A stretch of 64,000 nucleotides of DNA, taken from Gemmatimonadaceae bacterium. GTDB taxonomy: Bacteria > Gemmatimonadota > Gemmatimonadetes > Gemmatimonadales > Gemmatimonadaceae. The translations under genes and the position numbers were made by a program. This document shows, in pieces, positions 9,847 through 18,823 of this stretch. The DNA lies in NCBI GenBank assembly GCA_035277145.1, contig DATELA010000057.1, forward strand, positions 67-64,066, given 5' to 3'. The first letter of the stretch is position 1. Every line of letters begins with the position of its first letter. Under the pieces are notes generated by a model, which saw only the letters and a list, made by a program, of their open reading frames with translations, searched no databases and was not told where the DNA came from.

Positions 9847-10901
9847 GCCGGTACGATGGCGACCGGCCCGCGCGCGACGCGCACACCAACTCGAGCGCCG
9901 ACCGCTACCGGTTCGCCCGGCGCGGAGACTTCACACAGCGCGTCGTCGGCAAATCGCACGCGATACACCATGACGCCGCCGGCAAAGCGCGCGTGCACGA
10001 CTTCGCCGCGCCATGCATCGTTCGCGTCGGCATCGGTGAGCGTCAGCAATTCCGGCCGTAGCACCGCGAGTGAACGCGCAAACTTTGTAGCCGCACCCGA
10101 TGCGCGTGTGGCCGAAAAGGTTTGCTTCTGCCCGTCGATCTCCACGGACGCCTTATCGCCTTGATCGATGGCGGCGAACAAAGCGGAGTGCCCGATAAAC
10201 TCTGCGACGGTGCGCGAAACGGGGCGGTGGTATAACTCCTCTGGTGTTCCGGTCTGCAGCAGTTTCCCTTGCGATAGCAAGGCGATGCGATCGGCAACCG
10301 CGAAGGCGTCCTCTTGATCGTGCGTGACGAACAGCGTCGTCGCGCCCGAACGGCGAAGCGCCGCGCGCAGATCGTCGCGCATGGCTTCGCGCAGCAACGG
10401 ATCGAGATTCGACAGCGGTTCGTCGAGCAACAGCACGCGCGGTTCGATGACCGTTGCGCGCGCCAGCGCGACGCGCTGCTGCTCGCCGCCTGAGAGCGCT
10501 TGAACGGGTCGTTGCGCTTTTTCCTGTAAGCCAACCGCGGCCAGCGCGGCGCGGGCGCGTTTCAACCGTTCCGATTTTGCGACGCCGCGTGCTTCGAGGC
10601 CGAACGCAACGTTCTCCTCGACGGAAAGATGCGGAAACAGTGCGTATTGCTGAAACACCATGCCGAACCCGCGCGCTTCAGGCGGGAGTTCGTTGATGAC
10701 CTTTCCGTCGAGCGTAATCGTTCCTGCATCTGGACGCTCGAAGCCGGCCACCAGACGCAGCGTCGTGCTTTTGCCCGAGCCTGACGCGCCGAGCAGTGCA
10801 AGCAATTCGCCGGGCTGAACGGCGAGCGTGAGCGAGTCGAGCGCGGTTTGTGTCGCGAACCGGCGCGTTACGCCATCAAGCGTCAGCGCGCCCGCGCTCA
10901 C
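9843..10901 (-). CDS. ABC transporter ATP-binding protein (FbpC/PotA-like)
   Basis: Walker A GASGSGKST, signature LSGGEQQRVALAR, Walker B VLLLDEPLS, and a C-terminal TOBE-like domain. 4-nt overlap with the permease start. Confidence 0.9.
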   Translation of the reverse strand: MSAGALTLDGVTRRFATQTALDSLTLAVQPGELLALLGASGSGKSTTLRLVAGFERPDAGTITLDGKVINELPPEARGFGMVFQQYALFPHLSVEENVAFGLEARGVAKSERLKRARAALAAVGLQEKAQRPVQALSGGEQQRVALARATVIEPRVLLLDEPLSNLDPLLREAMRDDLRAALRRSGATTLFVTHDQEDAFAVADRIALLSQGKLLQTGTPEELYHRPVSRTVAEFIGHSALFAAIDQGDKASVEIDGQKQTFSATRASGAATKFARSLAVLRPELLTLTDADANDAWRGEVVHARFAGGVMVYRVRFADDALCEVSAPGEPVAVGARVGVRVARGPVAIVPA

Positions 10902-10941
10902 GCGGCGGTCCCCGTACGATCAGGCCGCACTCACCGCGCGC

Positions 10942-11988
10942 TCATTTCGCGCGTCCGCGGTTGCGCACGTTCGCGTCCCAATAGCGCATCCACGTGTCGA
11001 GCGAGTCCGTCATCATCTTCTGATCGAGCGGCATCGCCTTGAGCAGCGGCCGCGCGCTGCGCAGCCACGGCGGCATTGCGTCGTCGCTGATGTCGGTCCG
11101 CAATGGAATGCGGACGAACTCGTTCATCGCGTGCACGATCGCGTCGCGCGACGTCACGAATTCGTAGTACGCACGCGCTGCGGCGGCGTGCTTCGTGCCT
11201 TTCACGATCGCGATTGCATCCACGAGCAACGGCGTACCGCTTTTTGGAATGATGTACTTGATCGGGATGCTGTCCTGCAGACGGCGAATCGCGATGTCCG
11301 GCATGTTGTACAGCGTGACCAGGCCTTCCTGCCGGCCGATTTTCTGGACGAGCAGCGAACCATCGAGCGTGTACTCTTTGGTTTGCGCATCGAGCATGCG
11401 TAACCAGTCCCAGCCCGACTGCGTGTTGCCGGTCCGCGCGACGGAGCGCAGCAGTATCGCGCCCCAGATCGCGCGCATCGAACCCGACGCGACCGGATCG
11501 CGGATGATGATCTTCTGATTCCAGCGCGGCGCGAGCACGTCGTCCCAGTCTTGCGGCGCGGCAGCGGAATCGAGCGCTTCCACGGCGTACGCAATCACTT
11601 CCGGCGTCATGTACGTGCCGTACCACAAGTCGCCCGTGTCGCGCGACTCAGCCGGCACGAGATTCGCCCACGTCGGCTTGTACGCCTCGAGCAACGAGTC
11701 GCGCCCCGCGCGCTCGAACATCCACGACGGTGCACCGAACCACACGTCCGCTTGCGGATTCGCACGCTCGGCGCGCAACCGGTCGAGCACTTCCTGCGAA
11801 CCCATGTCGACCCACTGCACGTCGACATCGGGGCGCGATTGCTCGAATGCGGTTTCGTAATGCTTGAGGAGCGCGTCGCCGTGCGGCGAATACACCGTCA
11901 CGACTTCGCGGCCATCACCACCCGCGCAGCCAAGCAGCGCCGTCGCGCACGCGATGCGGGCAATGTGCGCCAACCGACTTGTGCGCAC
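10942..11988 (-). CDS. ABC substrate-binding lipoprotein (family-1 SBP, Fe3+/AfuA-like)
   Basis: 348 aa with lipobox ALLGCAGG. Overall pattern matches iron(III)/thiamine-type periplasmic binding proteins and the gene sits beside the matching permease and ATPase. The ligand is not determinable from sequence. Confidence 0.75.
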   Translation of the reverse strand: MRTSRLAHIARIACATALLGCAGGDGREVVTVYSPHGDALLKHYETAFEQSRPDVDVQWVDMGSQEVLDRLRAERANPQADVWFGAPSWMFERAGRDSLLEAYKPTWANLVPAESRDTGDLWYGTYMTPEVIAYAVEALDSAAAPQDWDDVLAPRWNQKIIIRDPVASGSMRAIWGAILLRSVARTGNTQSGWDWLRMLDAQTKEYTLDGSLLVQKIGRQEGLVTLYNMPDIAIRRLQDSIPIKYIIPKSGTPLLVDAIAIVKGTKHAAAARAYYEFVTSRDAIVHAMNEFVRIPLRTDISDDAMPPWLRSARPLLKAMPLDQKMMTDSLDTWMRYWDANVRNRGRAK

Positions 11989-11993
11989 GCGCG

Positions 11994-14720
11994 CTACCGC
12001 ACCGCCGCGCTACGACGTCGCGCCGACCGCGGTGCGTAGTCGTACGCTGCGTCGATAATGCGCTCTTGCTCGACGGCGTGATCCTGCTGGTAACCCTCGG
12101 CCGGACTCGCGCGCTCCGCGCGACCGATGTATGGAACCTCGAGTGCAGTCCCCGCGGATACGCGAAGCAGCGGCGCGACATACGACCACGCGCCCTGATT
12201 CTTCGGCTCTTCCTGTACCCACGCGACCTGCTCCACGCTTGGATACGCGTCGACGATGCGTTCGAGTTCCGCGTGCGGCCACGGATACAACTCCTCGATG
12301 CGCACAACGGCGACTTCGGGAATCTGCGGACGCGCCGCGAGTTCCCAATAGATCTTCCCGGTGCAGCACACCAGACGGCGCACGGTCTCACGCTTGGAGG
12401 CGCCGTTCACGTCGTCGATGACCGGGTGGAACGCGCCGTCGGTCAGATCGCTGAACGATGACATCGCCGCGGCGAGACGCAGCATCCACTTCGGTTGCAT
12501 GAGCACGAGCGGACGCCGCGGCTGTTGCTTCGCCTGCCGCCGCAGAATGTGGAAGTACTGCGCCGGCGACGACGGATACGCGACGCGGAGGTTCCCTTCG
12601 GCGCACAATTGCAGAAATCGTTCGAGCCGCGCGCTCGAGTGTTCCGGGCCCGCACCTTCATATCCGTGGGGCAGCAGCAACACGAGTCCGGAATCCTGTC
12701 CCCACTTCGCGCGATCTGCCGCCAGGAATTGGTCGATCACGGGCTGCGCAACGTTCGCGAAGTCACCGAACTGCGCTTCCCACACCGTGAGCGTGTCTGG
12801 CGCGGTCACCGAAAATCCGTACTCGAATCCCATCGCCGCCATTTCTGAGAGCGGCGAGTTGTAGATCTCGAAACGTCCGGGCGTGTTGGCAATTTCGGCG
12901 AGCGACGCGTGCGTCATACCGTTGCGCGAATCGTGCAACACGGCGTGACGATGCGAAAACGTTCCGCGTTCCACGTCCTGGCCTGTGACGCGCACCGCGG
13001 TGCCGTCACTCAACACGGACGCGAACGCGAGCGCCTCCGCATGGCCCCAATCGACGGCGTTCGGCTCCGTTACCGCGACGCGACGCCGTTCCAATTGTTT
13101 CGCGAGCCGTGCATTCGGTTCGAATCCTGACGGCCACGTGAGAATGCGCTCGTTCAATGCACGCAACGTCTCCGCGGGCACCGCCGTCGTCACCTGCGCC
13201 GCAACAGGCGCTGCGCTGTGCACTTCGTGCGACGCCTGCGTTTTGCGTTTCCGTGCGCCGTCCAATTCTTCGTTGAGGCGCGTCGCGCAATCCTTCTCCA
13301 TGCGCGCAACGTCGTCGTTCGTGACCACGCCCTCTTCGACCAGACGCGCGCCCCATAGCGCGCGCACCGTCGCATGCGACTTGATCCGGTCGTACAGCGT
13401 CGGCTGCGTGTACGCGGGTTCGTCGCCTTCATTGTGACCGTGCCGGCGATACCCAACGAGATCAACCAGGAAATCCTTGTGGAACGCGTTGCGATACGCA
13501 GTCGCGATGCGCATCGCGACCACGCACGACTCCGGATCGTCCGCGTTGACGTGAATGACGGGAACTTCAAATCCCTTCGCGACGTCGCTCGCGTAATACG
13601 TCGAGCGTGCGTCAACCGGATCAGTCGTGAACCCAACCTGATTGTTGACGATGATGTGTAACGTGCCGCCAACCTGATATCCGCGCAGGCGCGAAAGGTT
13701 GAACGTTTCCGGGACGATGCCTTCGCCGGTAAACGACGCGTCACCGTGCACACAAATCGGGACCACGGCGAGCGTGTTGAGCGCGCCACCGCGTCGCTGC
13801 AAGTAACGCGCGGCACCCATCAACACGGGATTCACGATCTCGAGGTGCGACGGATTCGGCATCAAACGGAGTTGTACGTTGCGACCGCCAACGTCGCGCG
13901 TTCCGTCAGCACCCAAATGGTATTTCACGTCGCCGGTCGACGCGTCGCGCTTGTGCGCGCGGTGACCCTCGAATTCCGCGAGCAGCGCTTCGTACTTCTT
14001 GCCGATCACGTGCGTCAGCACGTTGAGCCGCCCACGATGCGCCATCGCGATCATCACGTGCTCGGCCCCCGCGTGTGCGGATTCCGCGATCGCGGCGTCG
14101 AGCATCGGCACGAGCATGTCCGTGCCTTCAATCGAGAATCGCTTGTAGCCGACGTACGTGCGGCCGAGAAAACGCTCGAGGCCTTCGACTTCCGTGAGAC
14201 GCCGAAGCATCGCCACGCGTTCTTCACGCGCGAGCGGCTGCGTCAACCGCTCGGCGGTGAGCAGTTCGCGGAACCACTGCCGCTCCGTTTCGTCGCTGAG
14301 GTGAGTGTATTCGATGCCAAGCGTGCGCGAATAGCGGAGACGCAACCGCGCCACGACATCGGCTGCGGTTGCCATGTGCGGAAATCCCAACGCCGCCCCC
14401 GGAACGTCCGCGAGATCTGATTCAGTTATTCGGTGAAATTCGGGCCGCAGCTCCGCTGCATCGGGCGGCGGTGTGCCAAGCGGGTCGAGGCGAACCGAGA
14501 GGTGTCCGTACGTGCGGATCGCGTACATAAGGCCCGCCGCACCGGCTGCTTTACGCGCAAGCTCAGGATCGGCGGCGCCAACCGCGCGGCCGCCAATGCG
14601 TTCGGCAAACCGAAAATATTGTCGCCAGGACTCATCGACCGACGACGGATCGCGACGGTACGCCTCGTAGACCTCGGCGATGTACCCGTCGTTGAACACG
14701 CTGGAAATTGAATCGGACAT
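11994..14720 (-). CDS. sucA: 2-oxoglutarate dehydrogenase E1 component
   Basis: 908 aa. N-terminal SWRQYF motif, ThDP-binding region GDASFTGEGIVPETFNLS, and RHGHNEGDEP and LLPHGYEGAGPEHSSARLERFLQL blocks typical of SucA. Confidence 0.9.
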   Translation of the reverse strand: MSDSISSVFNDGYIAEVYEAYRRDPSSVDESWRQYFRFAERIGGRAVGAADPELARKAAGAAGLMYAIRTYGHLSVRLDPLGTPPPDAAELRPEFHRITESDLADVPGAALGFPHMATAADVVARLRLRYSRTLGIEYTHLSDETERQWFRELLTAERLTQPLAREERVAMLRRLTEVEGLERFLGRTYVGYKRFSIEGTDMLVPMLDAAIAESAHAGAEHVMIAMAHRGRLNVLTHVIGKKYEALLAEFEGHRAHKRDASTGDVKYHLGADGTRDVGGRNVQLRLMPNPSHLEIVNPVLMGAARYLQRRGGALNTLAVVPICVHGDASFTGEGIVPETFNLSRLRGYQVGGTLHIIVNNQVGFTTDPVDARSTYYASDVAKGFEVPVIHVNADDPESCVVAMRIATAYRNAFHKDFLVDLVGYRRHGHNEGDEPAYTQPTLYDRIKSHATVRALWGARLVEEGVVTNDDVARMEKDCATRLNEELDGARKRKTQASHEVHSAAPVAAQVTTAVPAETLRALNERILTWPSGFEPNARLAKQLERRRVAVTEPNAVDWGHAEALAFASVLSDGTAVRVTGQDVERGTFSHRHAVLHDSRNGMTHASLAEIANTPGRFEIYNSPLSEMAAMGFEYGFSVTAPDTLTVWEAQFGDFANVAQPVIDQFLAADRAKWGQDSGLVLLLPHGYEGAGPEHSSARLERFLQLCAEGNLRVAYPSSPAQYFHILRRQAKQQPRRPLVLMQPKWMLRLAAAMSSFSDLTDGAFHPVIDDVNGASKRETVRRLVCCTGKIYWELAARPQIPEVAVVRIEELYPWPHAELERIVDAYPSVEQVAWVQEEPKNQGAWSYVAPLLRVSAGTALEVPYIGRAERASPAEGYQQDHAVEQERIIDAAYDYAPRSARRRSAAVR

Positions 14721-14744
14721 GGCGTCCGAAATCTAAGCCAGCGA

Positions 14745-16760
14745 CTACCCGATCGCGTCGAGTAAATCGTGGAACGCCGTCGCAGTTTGCGGGCGTTTGT
14801 TCGGATCTTTGTCCAGCGCGCGCACTACCAGATCGGCTAGCGACGCCGGGATATCCGGAGAAATACTGCGTGGCGATGCGGGAACTTCTTCGAGAACCTT
14901 CGTAATGAGCGTTATTGGCGAGTCGGCGTTGAACGGCAGCTGTCCCGTCAGGCATTCGTAAAGCACGACGCCGGCGGAATACAGATCCGCGCGTGCGTCG
15001 ACGTCGTCACCGAGGAGCTGTTCAGGGGCCATGTACTCCGGCGTGCCGACCACCATACCCGCTTGCGTGACGCCTTGCGTCCGCTTGGCGAGCCGCGCGA
15101 TGCCGAAGTCCATCACCTTGAGCACGCCGTCGGGCGTGACTGCCACGTTCTGCGGTTTCACGTCGCGATGAATCACGCCCTGTTCATGCGCGACTTCGAG
15201 CGCGCGAAGTAACTGTTTTGCAACGGTGAGTGTTGTCGCCGCTGGCAGCCGGCCGCGCGCGCGAATCAACTCTTTGAGCGACTTGCCTTCGACGTACTCC
15301 ATCGAGATGAAGTACACGCCGTTGATTTCACCGAGATCGTGCGTGCGCACGACGTTGCGGTGCGAAATGCGCCGCGCGAGACGGATCTCTCCCTTGAAGC
15401 GTTCGAGCGCCGTTGGATCTTGCGAGAGGATCTCCGGCCGCAACGTCTTGATCGCGACCACTTCGTCGAGTTCTGCGTCGTGCGCTCTGAACACCGTCCC
15501 CATTCCGCCGGTGCCAAGCGCTTCCTTGATGTGATATCGCTTGGCGATCGTTGCTCCAGGAACAATGCCTTGCGCAGTCGCAGCGGCTTGCAGCGTTACG
15601 CCCGCGGCCTGCATCGGCACAGTGCGACCACCGGAATCTCCCTGCAAGAACTCGACGAGCGCTTGTTTGTCACGCAAATCGGAGAGCAACGTCGAGAACG
15701 CTTGCGCGAGCGTACCCATCTCGTCGCGACTCGTAACCTTGATCTCCGCGCGATAGTCACCGTCGGCGGCTTTGCGCGTTGCACCCACGAGCGCGGCAAC
15801 TGGCTTGGTGATTTGCCGCGCGATCAGGAACGACAGCAGGAACGCCACGAGAATCCCCGCGGCACCCGCGGTGAGAATCGTTCGTTGCAGCGCGCGGAAC
15901 GGCGCGAGCTCGGCCTCGCGAGAACGGAGCGCGAGAAAACCGCCAATGGGGTTTCCGTTCGCCGAAAGCAACGACGCTCCGAGCCGCACATAGTGTTCGC
16001 CGCCGAGCTGCAATTCGGCGTGCGTGTCGTTCGGGCCTTGCGTGGTGTCGTCCGGATTCCACGCGGCGAGCGTTGAATCCAGCGCCGCGCTGCGCGGAAT
16101 CGTCGACGCAGCAAGATGCGGCACGCCGGCAGAGTCGAGGACATACACGACGATGTGCGTCGTGCCGCCGGTGTTCTCGCGAATCTCATTCACGAACGCG
16201 GGGTCGACGGCCTTCGTCGCCATCAGCGCACCGACGACAGTGGCCGGACTCCCGCGCGTGGCGGGCCGTGCAATCGGAACCGCGACAGCCTGGAACAACA
16301 CCGCGTCGTCGACGCTGCCGTATCCCGCGATCGTCTCGCCGGCGAGCGCACGACTGATCAGCCCCGACTGCGAAAGATCCGCTGCAGCCGCACCGGGTTC
16401 GTCGCTCTTCGCGAGAAGCAGGCCCTGCGCGTCGGTGATCTGGACCCAGTCTGCGCCGATTTGCCCAACCGACTCGATCGATTGATCGAGAGCGTCGTTC
16501 GCAATTCGCGCTTCGATGACGGCAACGAAAGGTGCGCTCTGCACGAACACCCCCGCTTTGCTCGCCAAATTCGCATCGCGTGCTTCGAGCGCAGCCTGTA
16601 CGCGATCGCGCGTGGTTTCAAGCGCGCGCTGAATTGCGTCGCGCGCGGTCGCCGTCGCCGAACGCGACGTGAGCGCAAGCGACAGCGCAAGCACCGCCGC
16701 GACGACGAGCGCGGTGCCGAGGAAAATCTTGATGGTGAGCGTGAACCGCGGACGCGCCAC
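14745..16760 (-). CDS. membrane receptor Ser/Thr protein kinase (sensor-TM-HAMP-Hanks kinase)
   Basis: 671 aa. Two TM segments flank a roughly 270-aa outer domain. A HAMP-like linker is followed by the kinase motifs GTGGMGTVFRA, VAIK, HRDVKPQN, DFG and TPEYMAPE at the C-terminus. Confidence 0.85.
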   Translation of the reverse strand: MARPRFTLTIKIFLGTALVVAAVLALSLALTSRSATATARDAIQRALETTRDRVQAALEARDANLASKAGVFVQSAPFVAVIEARIANDALDQSIESVGQIGADWVQITDAQGLLLAKSDEPGAAAADLSQSGLISRALAGETIAGYGSVDDAVLFQAVAVPIARPATRGSPATVVGALMATKAVDPAFVNEIRENTGGTTHIVVYVLDSAGVPHLAASTIPRSAALDSTLAAWNPDDTTQGPNDTHAELQLGGEHYVRLGASLLSANGNPIGGFLALRSREAELAPFRALQRTILTAGAAGILVAFLLSFLIARQITKPVAALVGATRKAADGDYRAEIKVTSRDEMGTLAQAFSTLLSDLRDKQALVEFLQGDSGGRTVPMQAAGVTLQAAATAQGIVPGATIAKRYHIKEALGTGGMGTVFRAHDAELDEVVAIKTLRPEILSQDPTALERFKGEIRLARRISHRNVVRTHDLGEINGVYFISMEYVEGKSLKELIRARGRLPAATTLTVAKQLLRALEVAHEQGVIHRDVKPQNVAVTPDGVLKVMDFGIARLAKRTQGVTQAGMVVGTPEYMAPEQLLGDDVDARADLYSAGVVLYECLTGQLPFNADSPITLITKVLEEVPASPRSISPDIPASLADLVVRALDKDPNKRPQTATAFHDLLDAIG

Positions 16761-16793
16761 GTGCGATGGTGTTGGTGCGAATTAGTGCGTGAT

Positions 16794-17516
16794 CTAATAC
16801 CTGATGCGGCCGGGCGCGTTGTAATCCAATCCGAGCTTGTCCTTGTGCTGCACGACGACGAACCCGCGCGCGTCGAGTTGCATCTCCGGAACGTCAACAG
16901 CAGACGTTCCTACCTGCACCGCGACGGTCTTTCTCGGCGCACGCTCGTGCCAGACGTGCACCGTGTACGCGCCTTCCGGGACATCCGGAATTGTCCACCG
17001 TCCATCCGGCCCTGCTTGCGCGTACCAGGCCGAAGGAACGACCACCACGAACGCAGCCATCGACGCGTGAATGTTGCAATACACGGGAATGGCGCCGGTC
17101 CGTGAGAATGCTTGCGTCTTCGACTGGCCACGCCCGTAGAGCCCCAGGTCAAACGAGGACCCGGGAGTAGTCGAGAAAATGTTGTGACTGAACGCGTCCT
17201 GGTTGGGGAAGACGACGGTGCTCCCCGCCTGAATCACGCGAACATGCGGCGCGAACTGGCGCGCGCGCATTGCAAGCTCCACTTTGGTCGTCCGCGGACG
17301 CGCCGTCTGCGGCGTCGCGGGTTCGAGCCACACGATGGCGTTATCAAGGTCCGTCGTTTTCTGGCCAGGCTTCTCCTGCAGTGTGACCCGGCCCGAAACT
17401 GACCCTTGCGCCAACGTGGACGCGAACGGCATCAGTACGGCGATGACCGGCGCAAGCAATCGCGTGGGTGATTTCCTGGAGAGAAGCCTGATGAGCGTCC
17501 GTACGCGCATACGCAA
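16794..17516 (-). CDS. exported cupredoxin-like protein (often annotated methylamine-utilisation protein-like)
   Basis: Signal peptide ending in TLAQG. FPNQDAFSHNIFS and YCNIHASM give a His/Cys/His/Met type-1 copper ligand pattern. C-terminal CarboxypepD_reg-like beta segment (GRWTIPDVPEGAYTVHVWH). Confidence 0.65.
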   Translation of the reverse strand: MRMRVRTLIRLLSRKSPTRLLAPVIAVLMPFASTLAQGSVSGRVTLQEKPGQKTTDLDNAIVWLEPATPQTARPRTTKVELAMRARQFAPHVRVIQAGSTVVFPNQDAFSHNIFSTTPGSSFDLGLYGRGQSKTQAFSRTGAIPVYCNIHASMAAFVVVVPSAWYAQAGPDGRWTIPDVPEGAYTVHVWHERAPRKTVAVQVGTSAVDVPEMQLDARGFVVVQHKDKLGLDYNAPGRIRY

Positions 17517-17526
17517 CGGTACCCCG

Positions 17527-18813
17527 ATGCGGAACGGGGCGTCAAGCAGCCTGCGTCACATTCTGGCGCTTGGCGCACTGTTAGTAGCGTCGGCGGCGCC
17601 CGCGCGCGCGCAGGACTCGCTCCGGACGAAGCTCGATTCCCTCGCCGCCCGTGTTGAGCGCGCCGAAGAGCGGGTCAAAATGTTGGAGCAGGCACTCGCG
17701 ACCGAATCGCAGTCATCGGTAAAGACGCGTTCACGCGTCGCCATGGAGTTTCGCGGGCTCGTACTCGTCAACGGCTTCATGAGCTCGCGCCGGGTGAACA
17801 GCACCGGCAATCCCGTGTTCGTTCGTCCCGACGATCCCGCCGATCCGTTCCCGCGCGGAATGGCGATGCACGTCCGCCAGTCGATGCTCGGTTTCACGAT
17901 CGGCGCAACCGATGTGCTCGGCGCGCGGTTCACGGGTGACGTCGACGTCGATTTCCACGGCGGTCAACTCCCGTCGTCGGGTGGTCGCACGTTCCCACTC
18001 ATTCGCATGCGTACCGCGCGCGCGATTCTCCAATGGCCGCGCGCCGAAGTGCTGCTTGGCCAGGAGTCACCGCTCATTACGCCGGTGAATCCGGTGAGCC
18101 TCGCGTCGATTTCCACGCCCGGCTTCGCCGCGGCGGGTAATCTCTGGCTGTGGATTCCGCAGGCGCGCTTCACCGTCGAGACTGGTGGGCGGCTGCGATT
18201 CGGCGTTCAAGGCGCCGTACTCGCGCCGGGAACGGGCGCCGCCGTGGGCACGTTCGATGTTCCGAATTTCGACCCCGCCGAGCGCTCCGATCGTCCGTTT
18301 CTGCAAGGCCGCACGCGATTGCGATGGGGCGCCGACGACATGACCGCCGAGGTCGGACTTGGTGGACACGTCGGATGGTTCGCGCTCGCGAACGATTCGC
18401 TCGCTCCGGGCAAGATCATCGCGGCTGATGCGTCTGTTCCGATTACCCGTTGGCTCGAAGTGCGCGGTGAGCTGTACCAAGGGCGCGGCGCGCGCGCACT
18501 CGGCGGCGGTGGCGTTGGTCAACTCTTTGGCAATAACAGCGTGGTGATTCGTTCGCGCGGCGGCTGGGGTCAACTCAACGTTCGGCCAAACACGTCGGTC
18601 ATTGTCGGCGCAGGTTACGGATCGGACGATCCGCACAACACGGACTTGCCCGCGAGTTCGCGCTTCAAGAACACCGTTGCGTCGGGCCACGTTGCGTGGC
18701 GCCCGGCCGGTCCACTCGTGTTCGGCGCGGAATACCGGCGCATTACGACGTACTATTTGCCCGGCCGGTTCGCGAGCGACCACGTCAACATCGCGTTCGG
18801 ATTCGAATTCTGA
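17527..18813 (+). CDS. outer-membrane porin with N-terminal coiled coil (DcaP/OprO-P-like)
   Basis: The start at ATG 17527 gives the signal peptide MRNGASSSLRHILALGALLVASAAPARAQ. This is followed by a heptad-like helix, alternating beta pattern and a terminal FGFEF. The listed start at 17284 would overlap the divergent gene. Confidence 0.6.
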   Translation: MRNGASSSLRHILALGALLVASAAPARAQDSLRTKLDSLAARVERAEERVKMLEQALATESQSSVKTRSRVAMEFRGLVLVNGFMSSRRVNSTGNPVFVRPDDPADPFPRGMAMHVRQSMLGFTIGATDVLGARFTGDVDVDFHGGQLPSSGGRTFPLIRMRTARAILQWPRAEVLLGQESPLITPVNPVSLASISTPGFAAAGNLWLWIPQARFTVETGGRLRFGVQGAVLAPGTGAAVGTFDVPNFDPAERSDRPFLQGRTRLRWGADDMTAEVGLGGHVGWFALANDSLAPGKIIAADASVPITRWLEVRGELYQGRGARALGGGGVGQLFGNNSVVIRSRGGWGQLNVRPNTSVIVGAGYGSDDPHNTDLPASSRFKNTVASGHVAWRPAGPLVFGAEYRRITTYYLPGRFASDHVNIAFGFEF

Positions 18814-18823
18814 CGCGGCGCGC

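Noticed and set aside
17284-17526. Upstream extension of the porin ORF
   Set aside because: It would overlap the divergent cupredoxin gene by more than 200 nt and adds no signal peptide. ATG 17527 does provide one.
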